From Octopus sinensis (lineage: Eukaryota): 64,000 bases of DNA. Below are positions 25,632 to 37,689 of this stretch, piece after piece. The stretch is taken from positions 181,412,001 through 181,476,000 of the forward strand of contig NC_042998.1 of NCBI RefSeq assembly GCF_006345805.1, written 5' to 3'. The notes under the pieces were generated by a model. The model was not told where the DNA came from, searched no databases, and saw only the letters and a program-made list of their open reading frames with translations. Made by a program: the position numbers and the translations under genes. Every line of letters starts with the position of its first letter. Positions within the stretch are counted from its first letter, which is position 1.

Positions 25632-26356
25632 GGAACGGTGTGTTCTGTAATTCTATAATACGGAATGTCCGATTATTCTTCCAGTGTATTTTTCAACTCT
25701 CTTATACATATATTATTGTTTGCAGAGCCTCTTAAAGCGTTTATAACGAATCATTGAAGGAACATTAAAAACGGCAACCTGGCTCGAATACAACAAACCT
25801 AAGGGTGTTCTATATTAAGGACAAGAATTCACCTGCCTACGAAATATTAATTAATGCAGAACTTACAGTTCTTGTATATTACCTATAGATCGTCATTTGT
25901 ATATTGCCTATAGATCCTGACATTAACATAGCTGCAATGGGTTCTGCAACAACAGATTTTCAAAAATATCTGGAAATGCTGGGATTTTCCAAGAAAGGAT
26001 AAGTTGACAGATTGACGTTTTCCAGATCCAGTTAATTAGTTGATTAGTGGTACAGGGGAGATTTTCAAAATATTCCAAAGATTTTCCGTTCGAGTATCCC
26101 GAAATAAACATAAACGTGTAATAACATATAATACATGTACACAAACATTCAAAATAATCACGAGCGCACAGTCATACTAAAGAGCTATGCATCCATTATA
26201 TAGGTGCAGACAGATACATAAAATAACTCACATGGTCACCTGGAACTGTCTTGGTTCAGAAAAAGAAGAACTGTAACTTGTTAGCCACTGGTTTAAACTA
26301 TATGAAGAAGAATTTGGATAAATATTGTTACGTTCACTTCAGCATCATCATCATCA

Positions 26357-26387
<31 letters not shown>

Positions 26388-26612
26388 CATTATTATTATT
26401 ATTTTAATGTCTTTTGTCTGAAATCTTTCCTCACACATCCTGTGACCTCTTCAATAACTTTCCATCCTACCGACGTGTCTCCTCCTGTCCTGTTTAGTCC
26501 ATTCTGTCTTCACAGAAGAAAACAGGACAGCCGGGGAGATACGTTGGCATGATGAAGAGTCATTGAAAAGGTCACACAATGTGTGACAAAAGATTTCACA
26601 CAAAGGACACTA

Positions 26613-26613
26613 A

Positions 26614-26649
<36 letters not shown>

Positions 26650-26769
26650 GATGAAGTGAAGACTAAAGACCGAGTATATAGTGTGTGTGGTTAATTGGCA
26701 AAAAATATATATGACCATCCCAAAATATAGCACTATCTGTTTCAACATACGATTTCACATCAGGAATCT
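26613..26769 (-). repeat. Right arm of a spaced inverted duplication (partner 25092-25242)
   Basis: (AAT)n...gtgaagactaaagaccgag...cgatttcacatcaggaatct. Confidence 0.92.
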
Positions 26770-27677
26770 TGCAACACAAATACATAAACGTAATTTTGGT
26801 AAATCTTTTTTAAAGAAAACATGACGCAACAATAACAAAAACAATAAGAACACAGAAGCACATATGTATACATGTGTGTGTGTGTTTGTGTAAGCATATG
26901 TATCTACATATATATGTAGAGAGAGGCATATATATATGGGGGTGAGTGTACATATATATATATATACCTATATATCAATATATCTGTGTGTATCTGCTTT
27001 ATGTTTGTATATAATTCACAAACAAGTACATATGTATGTATTCTTTATTGAACACAGACACAAATTCTCGACACGCATATGCACACACACACATACACAC
27101 GCACCACACGAGCGCGCATACACATACTCACACACCCACACATACAACCACTACCACCATTGTCAAGTCCCCGTAGATTTTTTTACGTAATTTAGCGAGA
27201 CAAAACGAACACTAACTCTGTTTGAGGTAAAATAGAATTACCTCCCTTGTAGGTATGACTTTTTGTTTACTAATATTTCTTTTACTTTCGCTTTTAATTT
27301 CTAATACAATTTGTATCGATTTAAGAATTTTTCATATTTTCTTTTTTTTTTTTTGTTCTACTTGTAATGAAATCTTTCAAACAGGAAGTGTTCTTCTGCT
27401 TTACCTGCCCCAATGATAGCGACTAACTAGCTCATCACAACCTCGTCTTTCTTTAACTTACCTCAGGCTCTTCAGTGCATGTATCAAATATGTTCTCGGT
27501 TAAAGATACGACGACGACGACGACGACGACTCCCACTGGGATGTGAAGAATTGGAAATAAGTTATTAATGTAATTAATTGTGTGTTCTCACAGTGAGACT
27601 GAGAATTGGCTGAGGTGGTGGTGGCGGTGGTGGTGGTGGTGGTGGTGGTTCAGTTGAGATTTAGATGGCAGGCAGAT

Positions 27678-27725
<48 letters not shown>

Positions 27726-27883
27726 AACGAACGAGCGAGCGAAAGAAAGAAAGAAAGAAAGAAAGAAACGAACGAACGAACGAACGAACGAAAGAAGAAA
27801 GAAAGAAAGAAACGAACGAACGAAAGAAAGAAAGAAACGAACGAACGAAAGAAAGAAAGAAACGAACGAACGAACGAAACAAA

Positions 27884-27924
<41 letters not shown>

Positions 27925-27976
27925 ACGAACGAACGAACGAACGAACGAACGAACGAACGAACGAACGAACGAACGA

Positions 27977-28031
<55 letters not shown>

Positions 28032-28124
28032 GAACGAACGAACGAAAGAAAGAAAGAAAGAAAGAAAGAAAGAAACGAACGAACGAACGAATGAACGAAC
28101 GAACGAACGAACGAACGAACGAAA

Positions 28125-28173
<49 letters not shown>

Positions 28174-28255
28174 ACGGAAGGAAGAATGAAAGAAAGAAAG
28201 ACACGAACGAACGAAAGAAAGAAACAAACGAACGAACGAACGAACGAACGAACGA

Positions 28256-28291
<36 letters not shown>

Positions 28292-28340
28292 AGAAGGAAG
28301 GAAACGAACGAACGAAAGAAAGAAACGAACGAACGAATGA
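27678..28340. repeat. Compound (GAAA)n/(GAAC)n tract, about 660 bp
   Basis: Seen directly; source of the KERK/RTNE and FLSF ORFs. Confidence 0.97.
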
Positions 28341-28847
28341 AAGAAGGATAGAGAGAATAGAAGGAAGAAGATTCGGAGTGGTATAATTAGAATAAATGGA
28401 AAGAAAAGAAAAAAATGGAGAGATTGAACGACAAAAGATAGATTAAGAGAAACGATACAACGTTATAAAATAGATATCCCTGAACACCGCCATTCGCCCA
28501 CACCACTGTCTGAGTGAGCCTCTATCTGATCGCTCAAAATGCAAGAAATAGCAGCCACATTTCCCTCATACTCTACGATCTGAGAAAAGCAGATTGGATA
28601 ATGTGGTTTTGGGTTCTCTCCACATAGGAACAAGCAGGGGTGGTCATAGCGTAATGACTTTTATCTGAGGGTTGTTCGATGAGGTATTAAACAACAACCC
28701 AACACAGAACAACCAAATAGTAACACTAGAAAACAACATGTCATTCTAACACCCTCAGAGTTCAGTATTCACCGCTACCTGCGGGCTGACAAATTAGCTC
28801 CTTCCGAGGTGGACAAGAGCAATACATTTGAAATTACATATGCAGAA

Positions 28848-29155
28848 CCATCTTAGCAGTGATTTATTACCGTCTTAACAGCCATTTACCGCCGTCTTAG
28901 CATCGATTTGACGCCGTCTTAACAGTAATTTGCCGCTGTCTTAGCAGTGATTTGTCACCGTCTTAACAGTGATTTGCTGCCGTCTTAACAGTGATTTGCT
29001 GCCGTCTTAGTAGTGATTTCCCGCCGTCTTAGCAATGATTTGTCGCCGTCTTAGCAATGATTTGTCGCCGTCTTAGCAGTGGTTCTCCGCCGTCTTAACA
29101 GTGATTTGCTGTCGTCTTAACAGTGATTTGCCGCCGTCTTAGCAGCGATTTGCCG
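28848..29155. repeat. Minisatellite, 14 copies of a 22-bp unit
   Basis: Consensus ccgtcttaRcagtgatttgYcg; 14 contiguous units counted, with no spacers. Confidence 0.95.
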
Positions 29156-30790
29156 CCGAGCAAATCAACCCACTGAGCCCTATAGTAATTATTCCTTGCC
29201 AGCAAAGCTACGGCATAGATTAGAATTGGGCCTCTAGGCCCTTGAGGCCCCAGGGTAACTGCCCAGTGTACCGATGCCTTAAGACAGCACTCAACATCAG
29301 TTAATGGATCACTGAAAACTTCGTTTACAACTCTCTTCGAGCGATACCTGAACGACATTTTCTCACTGCCATTTGTGGATGATCCCCTGGGCATGCAACG
29401 GGTACTTTTTGTTGTCACAGCAAGCGTCGACCCCGAAAGTCCCTGCCACTACATGAAAAAAATCCTTCTACATATGATTTCCTTAAAAAGTCTATTCCAA
29501 CACGACCTTACCACACTTTCGCAGAACATACAGACATCCTCTAACGCACATGACGTCACACTTATATCCCCTTATCATTCGCCAGACAGTTACACAACTA
29601 CTCCAACCTGACATAAATCACTTAGAAATCAAGGTTCACAACATCTGAATTAACGTAAGCAACTACCAAATTCACTGTCTGTTCTTTTCTTACCAACAAC
29701 ACTAGAGAGCCTCCAGTACAACCAACCATCACACTCATCAACATATTACACATGCACACGAAAAGGACAGAAAGAAAAACGACGCACAAATAAACTTAAA
29801 AGCAATCAAACTATAACATTTAGCCCGCAGAGAGAATCAGCAACAACAGTATCCATCGAGTACTTTTTGTGTCCCCAGTCTCTCCATAATAAACCAATAT
29901 AAACTTCAAGGTAGATAAATGATACCCTACCAATCATAAAAGGTTTTACACAAATCACATCCAAAAATTATCAACTCGGTGAAGCAAAGATACTAAAAAT
30001 GAAAGACCACCTAAAAATGCAATGGTTGCAGTCTTTTTACTGCAAAAGCTTTCAACTTCTAAAGTTTCTGCTGCTACATGTGAGACAGCATTCAAGCACT
30101 AAAGCTCATATGCAACATTGCCGGTAGTGAAACAAGCTCCTAAAAACACTTTTTCCTTCACTCTGGACAATCATAAGGAACATACATACAGAAATAAGTA
30201 GCTATAACATTAATAGCCTCAATAACGTCAAACACTACCAACAACGCATGCAAAGGACTAACCACCGTCGAGCTCTGACTGAGTCTGCAATACGTGCATT
30301 GGTCACTATCGTCAAAATCTACTGAACAGTGGAGAGTGAGCAATATTTCCAGACTGTCACACTGCATCTTGCAAGATCCATCACTTCTAGTCATATTGTG
30401 TTTGATGGTTCTTGGCTAGAAGGAGACATGGTCTAACTGTGAAGTTTGATCTGTGGCTCGTGTCTCTAATCTGGAAATATACAACAACAACGACGACTAC
30501 AACATTCTAAAGCGCTGTTAGACAGCAAGGTCACATATCACACCAATAAAAAGCATTAGACATTTCGATCAAGCCTAATGATGATGGAAGACCTCTCCTG
30601 ATGAGCGCACATTGTCAGATTGTATCTCAAAACCTAAGAAAATCCACACTCAAACTTCTGGTCCTCTGTTGATAGAACTACATAGTGAAAGTACCAGGTA
30701 AAACATATTCAGATATTATCTGTTTTAAAACTCTGAGATCAAATCCCACAGGCATTTCTTTACTTCTCATTTCTGCACCGTCAATATCAG

Positions 30791-30968
30791 GCGAGCTGGC
30801 ATAACCATTAACATATCGGGCGAAATGCATAGCGGCATTTCGTCGGTTTTCAGGTTCGTAGATCAAATTCCGCCGTTGTCGACTTTGCCTTTCATCCTTT
30901 CGGGGTAGATGTAATCGACTTAACCCTCCACCGAAATTTCTGACCTTATACCAAAATTTGAAACCAAC
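30791..30968 (+). mobile_element. SINE family B, internally deleted
   Basis: ggcgagctggc...caaattccgccgttgtcgactttgcctttcatcctt. Confidence 0.8.
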
Positions 30969-30983
30969 ATTATAATTTCCAGT

Positions 30984-31199
30984 AGGGCGGCGAGCTGACA
31001 GAATTGTTAGCATACTGGACAAAATGCTTAGCAACGTTTCAGTTGTCTTTATGTTCCGAGTTCAAATTTCACGAGGTCGATTTTGTCTTTCACCCTTTCG
31101 GGGTCGAGAAATTGAGTACCAGTTGAGAACTGGAGTTGATATAATCAACTTGCACCCTCCTCCAAAATTAATGACCTTGTGCCAACATTTGAAATCAAT
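30984..31199 (+). mobile_element. SINE family B with a 15-bp target-site duplication
   Basis: Flanked by the identical attataatttccagt at 30969-30983 and 31200-31214. Confidence 0.85.
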
Positions 31200-32015
31200 A
31201 TTATAATTTCCAGTCGATAGGACGTTGATTTGGCGGGAAGGGTAGAGTGTAAGAAAAATACCTTACCATATTTAGTTACCTTTATATTCTAAGTTCAAAT
31301 CTGCCGAAATCAGTTTCGTCTTTTATTTTTCAAATAATGAATGAAATAGAATACCAGTCAAGAACTGTACCCCTTCCCGAAATTTGATGTTATAGTTTTT
31401 AGAAATTAAGACAATTCCTATTCATTAAGTGAATTGTTAAATTATTTGATTGTACCACGCCCATAACCACCACCTCGCTAATGTATGTATCCTTGTGTTC
31501 ATGTAGAAATTATTATAAAAATTATATTTCAGTCTCAGAAAAGACCATCAATGAAAATTACTATACAATGCCTATGTATAGAGAGTTATTTAACGATCAT
31601 GCATAATTTGTTGTCTCACCCCACGTCAGCACATATCAGCAATGACAACCCCATTTCTTTTCACATAGAGTATCTAAGAATACATTATTCAATGTTTCGA
31701 CTTCTTCCTCTTTAAAGAAATTAAGGTACTATTTGAAAGAAATGTGGCTGCTCTTTCTAGCAAGTTGAGCAACAGTATCGAGGTTTCACCGTTGGTCTCA
31801 TATTCTACTAGTAATTAATTGCGTCTTTATTTGTTATGTTTCCTTTCAAGAAAGAAATCAAAGATCGATATAATTAGTGATGGACAAAGAGCAGCGATGG
31901 AGGGTTTGACAACGAGCCTAGATTGATGGTTTGATTTAGTCACCGACACTGAGTTATTTGTAACCTAGTAAACTATTTCTCAAATAATCCAGCCCACATG
32001 TAATACATCTATTAA

Positions 32016-32304
32016 CCCTTTGAGACACACGGTGTTTTGGTATGTGTAGCCAAAAAGACCAAAGTTTTTTTCTGTTGAGACTGAAATTGATGGTTGCATA
32101 TAGAAAGCAAAGGATAAAGTACCTAAAACGACTTTATTAGTATGTAAAACTATATATATTATATAATTTTATATTATATCTACTGAACGACGATGCCTGA
32201 TAGGCTATTACACTTCAAAACGTTTGTTTCAACGAGCCGATGGATCGGCCTCAAAGTCCTTACGACACCCGAGCCGATGGATCTGCCCGAATGTCGCGAG
32301 AGAG
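32016..32304. mobile_element. piggyBac-like MITE
   Basis: TTAA at 32012-32015 and 32305-32308, degenerate TIRs (ccctttgagacac versus reverse complement ctctctcgcgacat), and a subterminal direct repeat cgagccgatggatc present twice. Confidence 0.5.
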
Positions 32305-32574
32305 TTAATAGATACCGATGAAAAAAAAAAACAAGTGCCCAGTAAATAGCAGTAGCGAGTGTTTCGACAACACGCAATGTTGGGTTCAACTGTTTTTTAT
32401 AGGCATGGACAAATAAATGGAAAAATACTGTCGTGAATAACCTCGGGAATAAACACCACACCTTACAAAGCTATAGATGGAATGACGCTGTCTGTCGTTC
32501 GTATGTTTTTCAAGGACAATAGTTAATTTTGTCTGCAACACTCGTTATAACGCCTATTGATTTCCGATTTTGGC

Positions 32575-32772
32575 ACAAAGCCAGCAGTTTTGTGGGATGG
32601 GCCACGTCGTCTAAATGGACCCCAGTGCTCAAATGGTACTTATTTTACCGACCCCGAAAGGATGAAAGGCAAAGTCGACCCCGGCGGAATTTGAACTCAG
32701 AACGTTAAGACGGACGAAATACCACTAAGTGATTTGTCTGGCGAGGTAACGATTCTGTTAGCTCGTCGCCTT
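32575..32772 (-). mobile_element. SINE family B
   Basis: ccccgaaaggatgaaaggcaaagtcgaccccggcggaatttgaactcagaacgt. Confidence 0.88.
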
Positions 32773-33244
32773 CTGTGTATTAGTATTGATTTCTGAAGGA
32801 AATCTTTTAGGAAAAATGGTTTCTGATTTTGGCACGAGACTAACAGTTTTGGAAGGAGGGTTTTAGTTGATAACATCGTCTGGTACTTTAGTTTATCAAT
32901 ATCCGAAAGATGAACAGCCAAGCAGACCTTAGTGGAGAATGAGAGCGTGTATCGACGAGATAACTGAAGTAAAGTATATTTAACTGGGAATTGAAAACGT
33001 AGTTAATGTAAAGTTTAACGAGTATTTAGATGTTTTCTGTGCTATTCATCGTTCGTCTCTGTTTTCTAATTGAATTACAGTAATCCTTCGACTATCGCGG
33101 GTGTTACGTTCCAAAACCTCCCACAGAAATAATTAAAATCTAAAAAACATAACTACCTATCGGCCGCAGAAACCCGCGATATACTGAGAAGTCTGCGATA
33201 TAAATTTACATGTTTAAGCCAGAAAAATCCGCGATGTACTGAGT

Positions 33245-34952
33245 TGCTGTCCGGTTGTGTAAGTACGTGTTTCCTGTTATTTATTGAAAAGTATTGTGAT
33301 TCGTTTTGTGCTGCATTGCAGCGATGAGTATGGATAAGAAATTGGAAGGAAGAAACAGGAAGTTCGCAGGCGTCGCCCGAGAAACAGATGATAATGTTGA
33401 GATCGAAATGAGAAAAAACAAGAAGTTATTAAGTCGGGACGGTTTCAACGTGCAAGTAACTCCCCCACCCCGCAACAAACAACAAAAATAATGAAAGGAA
33501 GGACGATAACATACAAAACCTATTCAATAAAGGAAAGAAAATTAATCATATGACGATAGAACACGTAGAGAAGGCTCTGAGGCCAATCTGGCAAGAAATA
33601 GCATATCTTGCCAGAGGGTCGATATTCGGAGAAGTTGAGGTCAGGTTCATAAATGAAAACACAGCGAAAAAACACTCGGTAACACCACTAAGGAACGAAG
33701 AGTTAGTACTTCTACCCACGTATCTGGGATAGAGAGCGTCTCAGGTAAGGGTGGAAGGAATTCCACCAGAGATAGATGTGGCCTGGATAGCAGCTACTGT
33801 CTTGGTTGATAAATAGGACAAGATAGCGGTGCTCCAGGCCACATAAACGAAAAGTGTAAATTGGCAAGGCCAAATCTTGAATATGATTATTCAAGCATAT
33901 TCTTTACATTATTTACATTCGATGGATATTTGTCCTCATCTTGTTTGTTGTAAATAACAAACAAGATGAGGACAAATATTCGTCGAATGTAAATAATGTA
34001 AATAATGTACATAATTCCTCATCTCTTAAATATAGAACATGATTATTCAAGGTTCAAAAGAAGCAATAGAAGAAATGGTTGAAACGGTGACCGTGAACGA
34101 AACTCTGATGAATGTAAGGGTGGAGGGCAGAATCCCTCGCTGTTTTAAATGTGGCCAGAAGGGCCACATAAGAGCGAAATGCCCTCCACCGAATAAAAAA
34201 GCTGAGGAAATGCAAAAAGAAGAGCCCCAGGAAAAACTACAAGAGAAGCCCCAGGATGGAAAAGAGATGGAAAACATGGTTCCAGAAGAAACAGAAAAAA
34301 GAAAAAGAGGAAGAATGAGAAAATACCGGAAAAAGAAAGAGAAGGAAGAGGAAAAAATAAGTCCAATGCATACAGAACTTCACCCTACAACTACCCAAGG
34401 CCCACCTATACCATCTTTGTCCCACCCTCGCTCTGCAGACAGTAAGCCTCCCCACTCCCCTCCTTCACAAAAACAAAAGAAAACATTTTCACACAATGAC
34501 TCACAAACTTCCCTCCCATTGGCTGTTTGGCGTGTGTGGTATATGATGATGAACTGTTTGAAAGGGCAATTGAATGGGAGAACACAGTTCATGTTGATGT
34601 AGAGAATGAAGATAGAGTGGAAGGTACGGTTCTGTTAATAACAGAACAGCAAAGGATGGAAAACAAGAGACCCAAAGGGGAATGTGAACTGTGGAAAGTG
34701 GACTTTAACAAAGAAAAACTACCACAGTTTATAGAATATAAAGAATTTTTAAAAAGGTATGGTGTAGACTTGATGGAGAACAGAGAAAGGGAAGCAAATG
34801 ATGTTACTTGATGGAGCAAGTAACACCATTTTCATTTCACATATTTTTCATCTTTCATTATATCATGTTTTATTATTTTTTATTCAATTGTTTTATGTCC
34901 CTAATGTGATATATGTCCCTCTTTGTTGACTCGTCATGTGTAATAAAAAATT
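33245..34952 (+). mobile_element. Non-LTR-like retroelement with one decayed gag/ORF1-like ORF (CCHC zinc knuckle) and no RT
   Basis: Flanked by atcc(g/c)cgatgtactgagt at 33227-33244 and 34953-34970. One frame from 33550 runs through 3 stops to RCFKCGQKGHIRAKCP (CX2CX4HX4C). The last ORF segment stops at 34811, then comes a T-rich 3' UTR of about 130 nt and AATAAA. Confidence 0.75.
33896..34051. mobile_element. 156-bp insertion with a 13-bp TSD, containing a 47-bp-arm hairpin
   Basis: atgattattcaag at 33883-33895 and 34039-34051; arms 33903-33949 and 33956-34002. Removing the insertion rejoins ...NMIIQ/GSKEAIEE... Confidence 0.88.
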
Positions 34953-35016
34953 ATCCCCGATGTACTGAGTACGCGATAGGTGAACCGCGATATGGCGAGG
35001 GATTATTGTATTCTAA

Positions 35017-35236
35017 GGCGGCGAGCTGGCCGAAACGTTAGCGCGCCGGGCGAAATGCGTAGCTGTATTTCGTCTGCCGTTACGTTCTGGGTTCAAATTC
35101 CGCCGAGGTCGACTTTGCCTTTCATCCTTTCGGGGTCGATAAATTAAGTACCAGTTACGCATTGGGGTCGATGTAATCGAATTAATCCGTTTGTCTGTCC
35201 TCTCTGTGTTTAGCCCCTTGTGGGTAGTAAAGAAAT
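35017..35236 (+). mobile_element. SINE family B, full length
   Basis: ggcggcgagctggccgaaacgttagc...gggttcaaattccgccgaggtcgactttgcctttcatcctttcggggtcgataaattaagtaccag...gggtagtaaagaaata. Confidence 0.93.
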
Positions 35237-37689
35237 ATATTGTATTCTAAGTAAAGCATAAGACTTCATATTGATTTCTAACATTGGCAAAGGCCAGAGA
35301 TTTAGATGAAAGGTAGAGTCGGTTATATCTATCTCAGTACTTAAGTGGGTTTTTATTCTTTTATTTTATCGACTTCAGTAGAATGAAACGCAAATTGCAG
35401 TTTGGTAGAATTTGAACTCAGCATTTACTAAATGCTTTTAGCAAATACTGCAACACTTACGGATTCAAATACTGAAGAAAAAATGTTGAAATTGAAAAAA
35501 ACAAGAGATTTGGTCATGAACTATTATTGGCATTTATTTATTCCATCCCACAAAAAGCCACAGACACACAAAAATCAAAAGGTAAAATCGTTCCCCATTG
35601 CATTTGAACTCCGAACATAGAATGATAAAATTTAGTATTAGTCCGTTCAGCCTTCTATGTCGTATTGCTATTAAGAAATTCCCGAGTTGTTTTGATTCAA
35701 GTTCAATTCTGAAAGAAATAATTAAACTATGTTTTGAAATGTCAAAAGACAATATTACAAAAAAACATATAAATAATAAACAGTGTCTCGATGAATTGAA
35801 AAATAAAATTATTAGGTTTTGTCTGAAAACTTTGCTTAAATAAATATAGCAAATTGAAAATTTAAAAAAAAATAAAGATTTCTTTTATCTTTGTATTGTA
35901 TTTTTTTAAGAACATCGAAAAGTTTACTTAATATTGAAAGTTCATATTTACCACTTTGTATACAAAACACGATTCACAAAAGAAACTTTCAGATTTTAAA
36001 ACTTTTCGGATTTTAAAACCATTGATAAGAGATTATGAAACACTGTTGCTTTTATGTTCAAAACAGGAAAAAAAATTGTGTGAAGAAAGTAATTCGTACA
36101 GAATGCTACAAGTTTAATGTAATAGTTAAGCAGGATTTTCTTTGTGAATCGAAATGTATTATTTTTTTTTCTTAGTCAGTGGAAGAGGGACAGCGCTCGT
36201 AACTACTTTGCAGTCACTTCTGAAAGTGGCAGGAGTCAGAGAGGACAAAACTATGGATCTATTCCATTCCTGACTTACAACACAGTGGGTCTGCTAAAGA
36301 TACTCCACAGTCAAGTATAGGTGTTAAATATCTATTATCCCTCTGACAGTCTTACTTAAAGTTTCCATCTACTCAAATTCTCTAAGGCTTGGTCAAACTG
36401 AAACTACGATGAAAGGCGCTTGCCCATGGTACCGCGCAAGGGGATCGAACATGGAAAAACAAGATTGCAAAGCAAACTTATTAACCAAATGGTCATATTC
36501 GTGGATTTTGTAAGTGGTGATATTTAGTTAGTCTCTTTCGGTTCTATGTTCACTTCTCGCAAGAACTAATTTTGTTTTCATTCTTCCAGAGTTTATAAAA
36601 ATAAGTCTAAATCAAATACTGAAGTCAACTTAATCCCCACCCTACTAGTCTTGTACCAATGTTAAAGATTATTGTTCTTGCTGCTGTTGCTAGGTCGTTG
36701 AGTAAAATGTAGGCATCCAGTGAACAGAGTCGATAAGCTAGCTTCGGCTCTCACTGGAAGCTAATTCACTTCTTTCATGCTGTTAATGTGCAGAAATGCA
36801 TGAAGAACGTAAATATCTACAAATTAGTCACACGGAGTTCGAGAAATAAATAATGCTGCATTTATGTCGTTTATGGTGTTGGATGGGCTTGATTTTTTTT
36901 TCTTTTTTAATGTTTTCAATAAATGGACGACTGACTAGCTGCCTGGATGGTGAGAAGGATTGATGGACTGCGAGAGGGGGGAAGGTACGGATAGGATGAT
37001 TGACAAAGAACTAGGAGAAAAAAAACTGGAAATGAAAAGAGTTAGTCACTTTGATAGTATGTAACGTATATAATGAGTAATTAAGATATTAATTTATTAA
37101 CCTGTAGATTAGTAGAATTTTGTTATTGGTCTTTCATCAAGTAGGGAAGCAGAACGCACCTGAGTATTATTGTGTGTTAAGAAATACATTCAGCCATTTT
37201 ATTGATCATTATCTACCCAGTTAGATTGCCGTATTGTCTAAAATGTATGGCAATAGTATGGCAAGTTTGTTGCTATGATGACCCTCTCTGACAGAAAACT
37301 TCTCTATCGACTTATTTTTAGAGTTTGATCCAAAGCAAGACTTAGTAGCAATGCATCAAACATCAGATCAGCTACGTGGCTAGAATTAATCTCGCTCAGA
37401 ACAAGTCAATAAACGGCACCCATAAAGTCGGTGTCCTTCCCAATTCTACTTCATTCGTATTAATTCAAAGTTGTCATTCGAAACAATAACTTTAATATAC
37501 TTTTAGGAAGTTTATTTTATGACAAATGGAAAACAGTTAAACATAAAATATACATTAAGTAATTATTAATACATTTACAAGTAAAGCAATACAAAAATGT
37601 ATAAAACACTTACTGAATTGAAATCATTCTGTGTTACTTTAAAAGAATTGTGTTTACACCAATGTTTGACTATTTTTAAGAATAACTAT

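Larger units (their letters stand above)
33078..35008. mobile_element. Tigger/pogo-like MITE split by a nested retroelement
   Basis: TA/cagtaatccttcgactatcgcgg at 33078 and ccgcgatatggcgagggattattg/TA ending at 35008 are imperfect TIRs with a TA TSD. ccgcgat subterminal repeats occur at both ends. Confidence 0.78.

Noticed and set aside
28848-29155. CRISPR-like array
   Set aside because: The units are contiguous 22-mers with no unique spacers, no cas genes are present, and the context is eukaryotic.
29160-30480. Decayed LINE ORF1/endonuclease
   Set aside because: Only a faint SSYNINSLN resemblance to an APE start near 30195; no second motif could be confirmed, so it is left unclassified.
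35442-35581. Exon-like 140-nt ORF with a strong donor
   Set aside because: Its acceptor and 5' part overlap a degenerate SINE B remnant and there is no phase-linked partner; the adjacent 35598-35843 ORF has no recognisable motif.
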